Shown: in pieces, positions 17,243 through 25,997 of the stretch
How the letters are laid out: each line of letters begins with the position of its first letter
Position numbering within the stretch: position 1 is the stretch's first letter
Assembly (NCBI GenBank): GCA_018825365.1
Contig: JAHJEV010000003.1
Coordinates: 238,619 to 302,618, forward strand
DNA from: Patescibacteria group bacterium
Lineage (GTDB): Bacteria > Patescibacteriota > WWE3 > UBA101185 > UBA10185
Direction of reading: 5' to 3'
DNA length: 64,000 bases
Made by a program: the position numbers and the translations under genes
Notes under the pieces: model-generated
What the model saw: the letters and a program-made list of their open reading frames with translations, nothing else
The model's database searches: none
Told to the model about the DNA's origin: nothing

Positions 17243-20088
17243 TTCTCAACTATTGGTACGTAGCCGCCAGCTGCCTTGGGAGTTAAGTACCATAAGACCC
17301 AATCACCATCTGAAGCAACTATATGTGATAACTGTGTATACCCATACACATTTTGAGAATACCTGCCCTCTTTGGTAATAAGTATTAAAGGCTCGTTGCT
17401 AGGGACAGTTGGAACTCTATCCTCAAGATCGGGTCTAAAATCCAATGTTTCAAACTGGCTTTTTGAGTAATAAAGAGCTGTTGGAAAATCTATTCTGTCA
17501 AGATAAACCTTATATTTAGTACCAAAAACCTTATCCTTTTTTACAAGCAATCTGGCCTGAGAACCATTTAGGTCTGATGTGTAAACCATTCCCCTATTTA
17601 GGAAAAGATAAAATAGCGAAAAGGTAAGTAAAAGATACAAGGACAGAAATTTGAAAAGATAAGTATTTGTAAATTTAACTCTTCGCATCACCAAATCCAA
17701 AGTTCTCTCCATAAAACTTCCAACTATCAAGCTTAAAACTGGATAAAGAGGAATTACATACCAAATAAGCTTTGACTTTGCAACCGAGAAAAACAAAAAC
17801 ATGCTTAAAGCCCAAATTGTTAAAAATACAAACCTTTTATCCTTCTTGAAAGATTTAAACAATGAAAACGGAAAAGCTCCCAAAAGCGCAATAAACCAAA
17901 TTCTCATACTGACTTTTAAGACAATCACGTACCAGAAAAAAGGTCTTCCTTTATCTTCGATTGCGCTAAAAGCTCTTCCTAAAACATGATAACCAATATA
18001 GTTTTTCAAAAAGCTCTCGCCAAATTGTACATACATATAAATATGCCAGGGAAGTGCTACTAAAAGACAAGATAAAAACCCAAGCAAATAGTTTAATACT
18101 AATCTTACAGAAAATTTCTGTTTATCAAAAATGAAAAGATATAACTCATAAAGAAAAATTACCAAAAGCGGTAAAAACCCCACCACTCCTTTTACCATCA
18201 CACTCAAACCTGCCAAAAGTCCCGATAAGATCCACAGATATCTTTTATCCCTTTCCTTTGCAAGCCAATAAATAAACAAGGATATTGTCGTGAAAAATGT
18301 CAAAGTAACATCAAGCATGGCCATTCTTGAGTAGTACAGGAAATGAACCGTTGTGATTAGAGCCAGTGCTGATATGAAAGCTGTAGTTTTGTTGAAAAAC
18401 TTTTTGGCAATCATAAAAACTAAAACCACAGTCGCCAAACCAAAAATTGCACTTGGAAGTTTAGCAGACAGAGATGTAAAACCTAAAAGATTCATAAAAC
18501 CTGCCTGCATCCACATAAAAAGAGGCGGCTTTTCATACCAAGGTTTCAAAAGAGTATCCCAATGCAAAGTAACATACTGATTACTAGTTACCATGTTTTT
18601 GGCAATCTTTGAGTATATTGCCTCATCCCAAGGAATTAAGTGATTTACCCCCACATTTATAAAAATTAGATACACCGATATCAATCCGAGAATTCCCAGT
18701 AAAAATCCCACTTTGGAGAAAAAGAAATTTATAATCTTTTTTAAATACCCCTGCCCGATCATTCCAATAGACCAGATTAGAAATATAAAATTAATAATCC
18801 AGAAAAACTCGGAATTATAAGAATAAAAAATTCCCGCTATATACCAACCCAAAACTGCCGACGCCATTCCCAAACCTACCAAAGATTTTGATTTATCTTT
18901 TTCGGTGAAAAATACATAAAGGGGAGCAAAAAGTGCTAAAGAACAAAAAAGGATATACACAGATGTCCCTACGATTCCGGTCTCCGATAAACTCTCGCCC
19001 CAAATCGTGTGGGCAGGAACCCGTGTGTTCAAGGCAGCCGGATCGCGACTAAAAAAAGTCGGTGCTATTTTTGTCTTGCTAAACTGTTCAAAAAAGGATC
19101 CGTAGCCACCGCCCAGTATTGGGTATTTCTCAAAAATCTGAACTGCCCCGGTTAAAAGCATAAGATGTGAATCGTATGAGTCTATTCTGTAATGAAAATA
19201 GTCCTTAACTTTTGCTCTAAAAACACTTTTTCTGTTTTGGTACATTAAAACCGGCGGCGTGGCTATGATTATTCCTGCAAGCAAAACGTACAGTAAACCT
19301 TTTGCTCCGAATTTCTTTAATACCAAAACCGTAACAAATGTGATAAAAGCAAAACCTCCAAGCATCCATGCGGTTCTTGAATTTGTGATAAGTAAGGATC
19401 CGAAAAGCATTATAAAAATAGCTAAGTCAATAATTTTTCTCTTCCAGGATTTATCGGTCAGTATAAAAACACCAAATACCGGTAAAACAGCTGCGATTAA
19501 TGACCCGTAATGGTTCACATCCCAAAAAGTTGAGCCTACTCTTGGAAATTTTCCGGGAACATTCCACAATGCCCCGATTATTTTTCCCGTCTTTTCGTAT
19601 AAAACAAGCTGGATAATTCCAAAAAGGGCTAAAGCAAAAACTATGTATATGTAAAACCTAAGGTACTTTAAAAGTTCCTGGGGGTTGTTCCTAAATACAA
19701 TATAAACATATATACCCAAGGCCACGACAGTTGCAAAAAATCCAAATAGGAAAAGACTCGCTTGTAAATTGGCTGAGAATATTATCGAAACTCCCCTGGT
19801 CAACCAAACAAGTAACAGAATCAAAATAAAAGGATCTTTCAGGTATCTAAGGACAGTTCTTAGGCTTTGTGTCTTTGCAACGTGAAAGTATATTTTTGTT
19901 ATGCCTGCGCACAAAAGCCCCAGCATAAAAACTCTTACAGGCATCAAATCCCATTTATAAAAGCTGAAAAGCTCTTTATGAAGCAAAACCGAAAGAACAA
20001 TCAAAACATATAAGGATAGCTTAAAGTTCCTTAGAATTAATATGTACGAAGCTATAAATATTACCAGTATAATCGCTATATCAATCAT
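17239..20088 (-). CDS. Fusion: O-antigen ligase-like (Wzy_C) domain + ArnT/PMT_2-like GT-C domain
   Basis: N-half has RVGSTFWDVNHYG, TNSRTAW, PILGGGYGSF and AHTIWGESLSETGIVG. C-half has WDEAIYSKIAKNM, YEKPPLFMW, SRMAMLD, KGVVG and SKLIWYVIPLYP. Single 949-aa ORF. Confidence 0.85.
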   Translation of the reverse strand: MIDIAIILVIFIASYILILRNFKLSLYVLIVLSVLLHKELFSFYKWDLMPVRVFMLGLLCAGITKIYFHVAKTQSLRTVLRYLKDPFILILLLVWLTRGVSIIFSANLQASLFLFGFFATVVALGIYVYIVFRNNPQELLKYLRFYIYIVFALALFGIIQLVLYEKTGKIIGALWNVPGKFPRVGSTFWDVNHYGSLIAAVLPVFGVFILTDKSWKRKIIDLAIFIMLFGSLLITNSRTAWMLGGFAFITFVTVLVLKKFGAKGLLYVLLAGIIIATPPVLMYQNRKSVFRAKVKDYFHYRIDSYDSHLMLLTGAVQIFEKYPILGGGYGSFFEQFSKTKIAPTFFSRDPAALNTRVPAHTIWGESLSETGIVGTSVYILFCSLALFAPLYVFFTEKDKSKSLVGLGMASAVLGWYIAGIFYSYNSEFFWIINFIFLIWSIGMIGQGYLKKIINFFFSKVGFLLGILGLISVYLIFINVGVNHLIPWDEAIYSKIAKNMVTSNQYVTLHWDTLLKPWYEKPPLFMWMQAGFMNLLGFTSLSAKLPSAIFGLATVVLVFMIAKKFFNKTTAFISALALITTVHFLYYSRMAMLDVTLTFFTTISLFIYWLAKERDKRYLWILSGLLAGLSVMVKGVVGFLPLLVIFLYELYLFIFDKQKFSVRLVLNYLLGFLSCLLVALPWHIYMYVQFGESFLKNYIGYHVLGRAFSAIEDKGRPFFWYVIVLKVSMRIWFIALLGAFPFSLFKSFKKDKRFVFLTIWALSMFLFFSVAKSKLIWYVIPLYPVLSLIVGSFMERTLDLVMRRVKFTNTYLFKFLSLYLLLTFSLFYLFLNRGMVYTSDLNGSQARLLVKKDKVFGTKYKVYLDRIDFPTALYYSKSQFETLDFRPDLEDRVPTVPSNEPLILITKEGRYSQNVYGYTQLSHIVASDGDWVLWYLTPKAAGGYVPIVEN

Positions 20089-21221
20089 TTTTTCTTTATC
20101 TCAAGAACCTTTTTGTAAACCTCCAAGGTTCTTTTAGCAGCATTTTCCCAAGTATATTCCTGTCTGATTTTCTCATCAATTAATGGTCTTGGAGCAAAAT
20201 ACTCTTTTTTGATAGCATTTTTAATAGACTTAATATCATCGGGCAAACAAAAGGATGCGTAACCTCCAAGATACTCTTTTGCTCTCAAACCTGATGCCAC
20301 CGCGTTAGTACCGCAATACAAAGCCTCCAAACTTGTAAGACCGGTTGTCTCAAACCAGCTGGCTGAGACACAGACCTTCGCATAATGATAGTAGGAAGGA
20401 AGATCCTTATAAGGAACGCTGTTTACATGGTGTACCCAATCGTATTTTTTGAAACACTTTTTTATAAGTTGATTGTATTCAAAATGTTTTATTACACTCA
20501 TCTGCCCTACAAGAACCAAATGCAAATCCAAAGATGTTTCTTCTCTTAGTTTTTTTACTGCCTCTATAATGCTGATTTGATTTTTCCTGGGCTCCACTCT
20601 CCCAACACATATTATGTAGTTATCAAACTTAAATACCTTTTCAAATTCTGTTGCCTCAATGTATACCCTTCCCACACCGTTTAAAACCTTTTCCCACCTG
20701 ATTTCAACATCAAATGTTCTTTTCAAATCCTCCGCTTCTCTTACAGTTTGAACTAAAACCGTATCTGCCATCTTAAGAACTTCTCTTTGCATATTCTTAA
20801 ATCCCTTAAAAACGCTGGTGAGTGTGGGTTTGAGCATTCTCCAATCAAACAAAGATTTGTAAACATTCTTGAAAGTGTCTCTTTTGAACTGGTCACTAAA
20901 TAAAATCTTGGAAATTCTTCTTATATCAAACACAAATTTATCGTCATATTTTTTCACCTCCTTGACATCGTGATGAATTGGTGAAAGTACCAACGGCTTT
21001 TTAAACTGCTTTGCCTTTTTGGCATAAAAGTATGTCTCAGGAGTCCAATCCAATTGAAAAACATGGATAAGATCATAAGACGCAGGATCATAATCTAAAT
21101 CAGTCTTTATATCCACCTCAACTCCAAGACGTCTCAACTCCTCGGCAGTGTGCTCAACCTGAATTCTATCCCCACCTCTTGTTTCCAAAAGACCTATTCT
21201 TCCCAACATTAAAACTTTCAT
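20085..21221 (-). CDS. Glycosyltransferase family 4
   Basis: GGDRIQ, GRVEPRKNQ and SWFETTGLTSLEA motifs. Start moved to ATG 21221. Confidence 0.9.
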   Translation of the reverse strand: MKVLMLGRIGLLETRGGDRIQVEHTAEELRRLGVEVDIKTDLDYDPASYDLIHVFQLDWTPETYFYAKKAKQFKKPLVLSPIHHDVKEVKKYDDKFVFDIRRISKILFSDQFKRDTFKNVYKSLFDWRMLKPTLTSVFKGFKNMQREVLKMADTVLVQTVREAEDLKRTFDVEIRWEKVLNGVGRVYIEATEFEKVFKFDNYIICVGRVEPRKNQISIIEAVKKLREETSLDLHLVLVGQMSVIKHFEYNQLIKKCFKKYDWVHHVNSVPYKDLPSYYHYAKVCVSASWFETTGLTSLEALYCGTNAVASGLRAKEYLGGYASFCLPDDIKSIKNAIKKEYFAPRPLIDEKIRQEYTWENAAKRTLEVYKKVLEIKKK

Positions 21222-21222
21222 A

Positions 21223-22368
21223 TTATTTATTAAGAAACTTCTGGTACAAACCCAAATAGTTACTAACAAACTTTTGCATCGAATATTCTTTTTCGACTCT
21301 AAGTTTGGACTTGTCCGAAATGATCTTTCCTTCCCCGCCGATTTTTTCGTACAAACCAGTCATTTTTTGAGCTAAACTGTGGGAATTACCTTTTTCAAAA
21401 TAATCAACAACATCATTCCCCACTTCTTTAAGTACCTCAAGGTTTGAACAGATTGTCGGAAGACCCATATATAAAGCCTCAATAAGAACAACCCCAAAAC
21501 CTTCGGCTACTGAGGGAAACAAAAACGCATCAAATGTTGAATAAAACTTAACCTTTTCACACTCATCAAAAAACCCTACGATGACAACCTTATCATTAAT
21601 TTTTAATTCTTTTGCTTTATTTTTTAACTCCTCCTCAAGTTTCCCTCCTCCAGCAATCATTAGGTAAAAGTCTCTCTTGTGAAAAAAATCCGATTTAAGA
21701 AACTTCTCAAATGCCTTCAGTAAAGTTATATGTCCTTTTTCTTCAGTTAGCCTTCCGACTGTTCCAAAAACAAAAGCGGTTTTGGGTATTTCATATCTTT
21801 TTTTAATTTCTTCTTCAAATTCCGACCTTTGATTTGGTGTAATATCATATTTTGTTGTATCCAAAGCATTAGGAATAACAACAAGTTTATCTTCTTTTAT
21901 TCCTTCACCGATTTTTATCTTTTTAACTGACAAGGTAAGAGCAATCTCCGCGTCAGAATATTTATTCACAAAACGCCTATAGATAAATAAATCTAGTTTC
22001 TTTCTAAACTTTCCTATTTGCCACTGAGAAATGGGGGTGTGGCTATGAGAAATTTTTACTTTCACACCAGCCTTGTTTCCTGCAACCAAAGCATTACAGA
22101 TAGCCTTAAGTTCGTGAGCATGGATAACCTCTATGCCTTTTTGCTTAATAAAAGTTACAAGTTCTTTAATGTATGGGTGGTCAATATCCTTTTTAATCTG
22201 CTTTACGAAAACCTGCGCACCCAATCTTTTAAATACTTCTGTCATTTCCCCATCCGGGCACCAGACATAAACCTCGTTTCCTGCTTTAATCATACCTTTA
22301 ACAAGATCGTTAACATGCCACTCCATTCCTCCATATTTTCCTGAGTTTAAAACATAAAGTATTTTCAT
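21223..22368 (-). CDS. Glycosyltransferase family 4
   Basis: GGME, VGRLTEEKG and PSVAEGFGVVLIEA motifs. Confidence 0.92.
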   Translation of the reverse strand: MKILYVLNSGKYGGMEWHVNDLVKGMIKAGNEVYVWCPDGEMTEVFKRLGAQVFVKQIKKDIDHPYIKELVTFIKQKGIEVIHAHELKAICNALVAGNKAGVKVKISHSHTPISQWQIGKFRKKLDLFIYRRFVNKYSDAEIALTLSVKKIKIGEGIKEDKLVVIPNALDTTKYDITPNQRSEFEEEIKKRYEIPKTAFVFGTVGRLTEEKGHITLLKAFEKFLKSDFFHKRDFYLMIAGGGKLEEELKNKAKELKINDKVVIVGFFDECEKVKFYSTFDAFLFPSVAEGFGVVLIEALYMGLPTICSNLEVLKEVGNDVVDYFEKGNSHSLAQKMTGLYEKIGGEGKIISDKSKLRVEKEYSMQKFVSNYLGLYQKFLNK

Positions 22369-23573
22369 ATTTTATTCATATTTTCAGATATCAGACTTAA
22401 CATTGTATAAACTTTACCTTCCCAGGTGTTTTTACTTGCCTGTTCTTCTCGAAGTTTTATCTTTTCTTGCGAATTTTCCTCAAGCGCCCTTCTTATATTC
22501 TGTGAAAACTCATTTGGGTTTTTAGCTATGTAACAAACTGAAGAAAAAGGTGTATATGAAGGTAAATCGGTTACAACAACAGGAAGGCCCGCGGCTAAAT
22601 AATCTAAAAATTTAACTGGGAAGCACCCACCAACAGTGTAATCATTTAGCTGATATGGAATTATCATGACATCAAAGTTAGCCAAATACATAGGCATATC
22701 TTCATATTTTTTGGTTCCCAAAAAGAATACGTTTTTAAGATCCCCAAACCCAAGCTGCTTTGAAGAAATATTTTTATCCTTCAAAGCCACCGGTCCGATA
22801 ACAACAAAAGAATACCCCGGATAGTCTGATGCTACTTTTTTGAATAGCTGCTTATCAAATTTGTACTCATCCAGCGCTCCAGTAAAAGCAATGATCGGAC
22901 GGGGGATGTTTATTAGGTTTTCTGGAACCTCTTTTATTCTGCTTTTTATTTTGATAAACCTGTCGTAATCACCAACGTTTGGTGTAAAATAGCAATTCGG
23001 ATTGTACTTTCTAAGTTTTTCAACAAGACCCGGAGTTGTTGCAAAAACAATATTTGCGCGGGATGCTAAGAGTTTCTCCTGGTCAGAAATTTTTTTCCTT
23101 TTCTCCAGAGTGTCATATTTTGGGAAAGCTTCATAATTATCCACACAATCGTAAACCAAAAAATCATGCTTTATATATTTCAGATAATTCTCCAAACCCT
23201 CAAGTTCAACATGATAAACCCAAAGAATAGTTTTTCTTTGACTATCAAATAGTTGCTGCGCGGCGGTATCTATCTTTTTTGCATGTCTGACAGAAAGATA
23301 CTTTGTAAAATGATGGAAGTTTAAAGGTGAAAAAATCTCCAAGAATTCCGCTTCTTTTTTTCTCCATGTGAAAAATCTACTTATTGACCACTTTCCCTGA
23401 AACAGATACTTCAAAAATATTCTTCCAAAATTTATCGGGGGGTCCACAAACAAAACATTATGACCAAGCTTTGGCAACCTTCCCATAACATGTCTTTTGT
23501 TTGTCCATAAGGGAAAGTCCCATAGCTGGTTTGAAAGGCAGATAACATTGTATTTATCTTTTTCTTGCGCCAT
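22365..23573 (-). CDS. Glycosyltransferase (GT4-like, TuaH type)
   Basis: VYDCVD and FPVKFLDYLAAGLPVV motifs. Start moved to ATG 23573. Confidence 0.88.
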   Translation of the reverse strand: MAQEKDKYNVICLSNQLWDFPLWTNKRHVMGRLPKLGHNVLFVDPPINFGRIFLKYLFQGKWSISRFFTWRKKEAEFLEIFSPLNFHHFTKYLSVRHAKKIDTAAQQLFDSQRKTILWVYHVELEGLENYLKYIKHDFLVYDCVDNYEAFPKYDTLEKRKKISDQEKLLASRANIVFATTPGLVEKLRKYNPNCYFTPNVGDYDRFIKIKSRIKEVPENLINIPRPIIAFTGALDEYKFDKQLFKKVASDYPGYSFVVIGPVALKDKNISSKQLGFGDLKNVFFLGTKKYEDMPMYLANFDVMIIPYQLNDYTVGGCFPVKFLDYLAAGLPVVVTDLPSYTPFSSVCYIAKNPNEFSQNIRRALEENSQEKIKLREEQASKNTWEGKVYTMLSLISENMNKI

Positions 23574-23812
23574 ATATCTTAAGTAATTATAGAGTAAACA
23601 GAGAGAAATTACTTCAGAAAATATATGCACATATAGCACCTAAAACATACCACACCATTCGATGATAGGTGAAAACCAAGATTTCTTTCCACTTCTTGCT
23701 TATAGAAAGTAACTAAAATTATGGCTTTTATAGTACAAAATAAGCAAAATTTAGATAATTTTATACTCATACGTAGCTTTACACCCTTAGGTACAGTGTA
23801 TAAACACGTTCC

Positions 23813-23847
23813 ATCATAGTTAACATTTTTGTTAACTGTGATAGAAT
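23813..23847 (+). promoter_or_regulatory. Palindromic operator and extended -10 of the AbiE operon
   Basis: ATCAT-AGTTAACA-TTTT-TGTTAACT-GTGAT (13-bp arms, 1 mismatch) overlapping TG-A-TAGAAT, which ends 8 nt before ATG 23856. Confidence 0.7.
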
Positions 23848-23855
23848 GTACATAC

Positions 23856-24536
23856 ATGGATAAAGAACTAGCTCAGCAACTAAGCAAAAAACTAAAAATA
23901 TCAACTCCTCAGATAGTTAGAGAGGAGTATGAACTTATTATCCTAAAAGAACTGTTTTCTAGTTCCATAGGTGAAAAATTAGTATTCAAAGGCGGAACTG
24001 CCTTAAGACTAGGTTACGATTCCCCTAGATTTTCGGATGATTTGGACTTTTCCACTATAGGAAAGATAAAGGAAGATGTTTTTAAAAAAGCGTGTCAAGA
24101 CATAGCAAATTCCAATCAAAATCTATCCTTAGTTGAGGCTTTAGAAAAAGCATATACTCTTTTTGCGCTCTTCAAGATTAGTGACCCTTCTCTATCACAA
24201 AATTTTAGTATAAAAATCGACATCTCTATAAGAAAGATTGACCTTGTAGAAGGTAAAGATTATGTACCTCTATTATTAAAAAGCTCCGTATCTCCAATAA
24301 ATTTAATTGCTAACACTACAACTCTTGAGAAAGTTCTTTCAGATAAACTTGATATTAGTCCAAAAAGAATAAGGGACATATTTGATATTTGGTTTGTTGA
24401 ACAAAGGTTTGGAAATGTAAGTAAGAAGATGGATTTTTCTCAATTTGGTAAAAACGAGGTAAGAAGGGAGCTTAATAGATTACTTCCAATAAGCTATAAA
24501 AGTCTTATAGATGGTTTAACTAAAACAAATGAATAA
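23856..24536 (+). CDS. AbiEii/AbiGii-family nucleotidyltransferase toxin (type IV TA)
   Basis: FKGGTALRL..RFSDDLDF and RIRDIFDI motifs. Start moved to ATG 23856. Confidence 0.92.
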   Translation: MDKELAQQLSKKLKISTPQIVREEYELIILKELFSSSIGEKLVFKGGTALRLGYDSPRFSDDLDFSTIGKIKEDVFKKACQDIANSNQNLSLVEALEKAYTLFALFKISDPSLSQNFSIKIDISIRKIDLVEGKDYVPLLLKSSVSPINLIANTTTLEKVLSDKLDISPKRIRDIFDIWFVEQRFGNVSKKMDFSQFGKNEVRRELNRLLPISYKSLIDGLTKTNE

Positions 24537-25110
24537 TTTAAATGCTTTACAAGAATTACAGAAGTATAAAAAGGATTTCTATACTATTAGAGATCTACAA
24601 AATATATTTAATGTACCCGTAAAGTCTCTAAGGGTACAACTTTCAAGATGGTGCAAACGGGGAGTTTTTATTAGACTCACAAAGGGTATCTACACTCCCT
24701 ACAACACTGATATAGAAGTAGATAAGGTTGCTAATCAAATATATTATCCATCCTATTTATCTTTCGAAAGTGCTTTAAGCTATTACGGTATTTTAAGCCA
24801 AATTCCTTATACTTTAACTTTTGCTACACAAAAGAAGTCGAAGAAATTAGTATTAAAAGATACACAAATAGAATATACACAGTTAGCTAACAGGTTATTC
24901 TTTGGATATATTCTAGAAAACGGTATTTATTTAGCAACACCGGAAAAAGCTTTGATGGATACAATTTACCTAGTTTCAAAAGGTAACAGAACTTTGAATA
25001 TTAGTGAGTTATACCTAAAGAATATTGATAAAGAAAAATTCAAAGAGATTTCTTTAAAGTTCCCAAAGAACACTAAGGATATGGCTACAAGAATTATTGA
25101 AAATATCTAA
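24529..25110 (+). CDS. AbiEi-family antitoxin / wHTH transcriptional regulator
   Basis: RLTKGIY, PSYLSFESALSYYGILSQIP and ATPEKALMD motifs; overlaps the toxin stop. Confidence 0.9.
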   Translation: MNNLNALQELQKYKKDFYTIRDLQNIFNVPVKSLRVQLSRWCKRGVFIRLTKGIYTPYNTDIEVDKVANQIYYPSYLSFESALSYYGILSQIPYTLTFATQKKSKKLVLKDTQIEYTQLANRLFFGYILENGIYLATPEKALMDTIYLVSKGNRTLNISELYLKNIDKEKFKEISLKFPKNTKDMATRIIENI

Positions 25111-25219
25111 GCTCTATTCTCTGGCATCAGCCTAATCTAAATTTTAATAAAGCAACAGCCTCTTCTTTTAAAATTTTACTTATCGAGTTGAATCTCACAT
25201 CTATCCATGTTTGCTTAAC

Positions 25220-25237
25220 ATGTACACTTATGTACAT
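25220..25237. promoter_or_regulatory. TGTACA-core palindrome resembling a Phd/YefM-type TA operator
   Basis: ATGTACA-CTTA-TGTACAT inverted repeat. A 36-codon minus ORF (25127-25237, ...DVRFNSISKILKEEAVALLK) may be an eroded antitoxin. Confidence 0.35.
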
Positions 25238-25559
25238 ATTACCGCAACCAATTTTCTTGCTGTTTAGTGTAAATAGCTAGAATTTATTCACTAGTGATCA
25301 TCCAAATAATCGTTTCATTTATCGACTCATTATGATACGATAATTCGTCTTCAACGCAGACTGGTTCAAACTTGTTCCCTATGACTTGCTCCCCCACGAC
25401 TAATCAACACGAGAAAACACATACTTTATATTGATAAATATCGTACTACAACATAAGTCGTATTTAAAAGAAATCCTGGTTTTCAGTCGTCAACGTTGTG
25501 AAAGCTCTTACTGGTAGCATAAATCCTCGTGACTATTGGTTTAAAATGAAGGGGGGTTG

Positions 25560-25584
25560 AGTTGTCGACACTTTGTCGACAACT
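25560..25584. repeat. Perfect palindrome encoding ELSTLCRQL
   Basis: AGTTGTCGACA-CTT-TGTCGACAACT, 11-bp arms, each containing the internal palindrome TGTCGACA. Confidence 0.9.
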
Positions 25585-25626
25585 GAAATTAGTATCATCC
25601 GATGATTGTTGCACTTTGAGGTGAAG

Positions 25627-25645
25627 TGGTGACAACTTGTCACCA
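25627..25645. repeat. Perfect palindrome encoding VVTTCHQ
   Basis: TGGTGACAA-C-TTGTCACCA, 9-bp arms. Confidence 0.9.
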
Positions 25646-25690
25646 GTTGAAAATGCCCCAGCCGATGAAAAAAATTGTTATTATTCGAAT

Positions 25691-25897
25691 ATGAATAGTG
25701 CCAATGAACAACTAATTGAATATAGAAGAAAGTATCAAAATAAATGGGTTGCTTTAGATAAAACGACCTCCGCAGTTTTGTATAGTAATAAAAACCTTAA
25801 AAGCCTAGTTAAAAAAGCAGATGCTGCGAGTAGAGAGTATGTGTTTGAAAAGGTCTTACCTATAAATACTGCGTTCATTCTCTACTCCCACATATAA
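25691..25897 (+). CDS. Small DUF5678-like protein
   Basis: KYQNKWVALD..VLYSNKNLKSLVKKA pattern. ATG 25691 is preceded by TG-T-TATTAT. Only a short stub ORF follows (VKYTKWPYED...). Confidence 0.65.
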   Translation: MNSANEQLIEYRRKYQNKWVALDKTTSAVLYSNKNLKSLVKKADAASREYVFEKVLPINTAFILYSHI

Positions 25898-25997
25898 ATG
25901 TGAAATATACAAAGTGGCCCTACGAAGACACAAAGATTTTAGAGCTGATGAAATAAACATAATCTGTTTCTGATCGACTTACGCCCCACCTTATAAT

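Larger units (their letters stand above)
23670..25485. repeat. 19-bp imperfect inverted repeat pair bracketing the AbiE module
   Basis: 23670-23688 TGAAAACCAAGATTTCTTT and 25467-25485 AAAGAAATCCTGGTTTTCA match at 18/19 positions as reverse complements. Confidence 0.6.
25468..25672 (+). pseudogene. Fragments of Bro-N / phage antirepressor-like genes
   Basis: Manual translation across frameshifts gives WFSVVNVVKALTGSINPRDYWFKMK (from 25477), then GVELSTLCRQLKLVSSD, then a second copy GEVVTTCHQLKMP/ADEKN. These match the recalled Bro-N consensus WxFSVVDVxxxLTxSxNPRxYWxKxK..ExxTxCxQLKxxxxDGK. Confidence 0.75.

Noticed and set aside
23609-23857. 82-aa minus-strand ORF upstream of abiEii
   Set aside because: It overlaps the AbiE operator and promoter, has atypical composition and no recognisable family; at most decayed debris.
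25560-25645. Two palindromes about 65 bp apart considered as a mini-CRISPR, attC site or terminator
   Set aside because: The repeats differ in sequence, there are no cas genes, no U-tract and no attC R-box pattern. They are better explained as Bro-N coding fragments.
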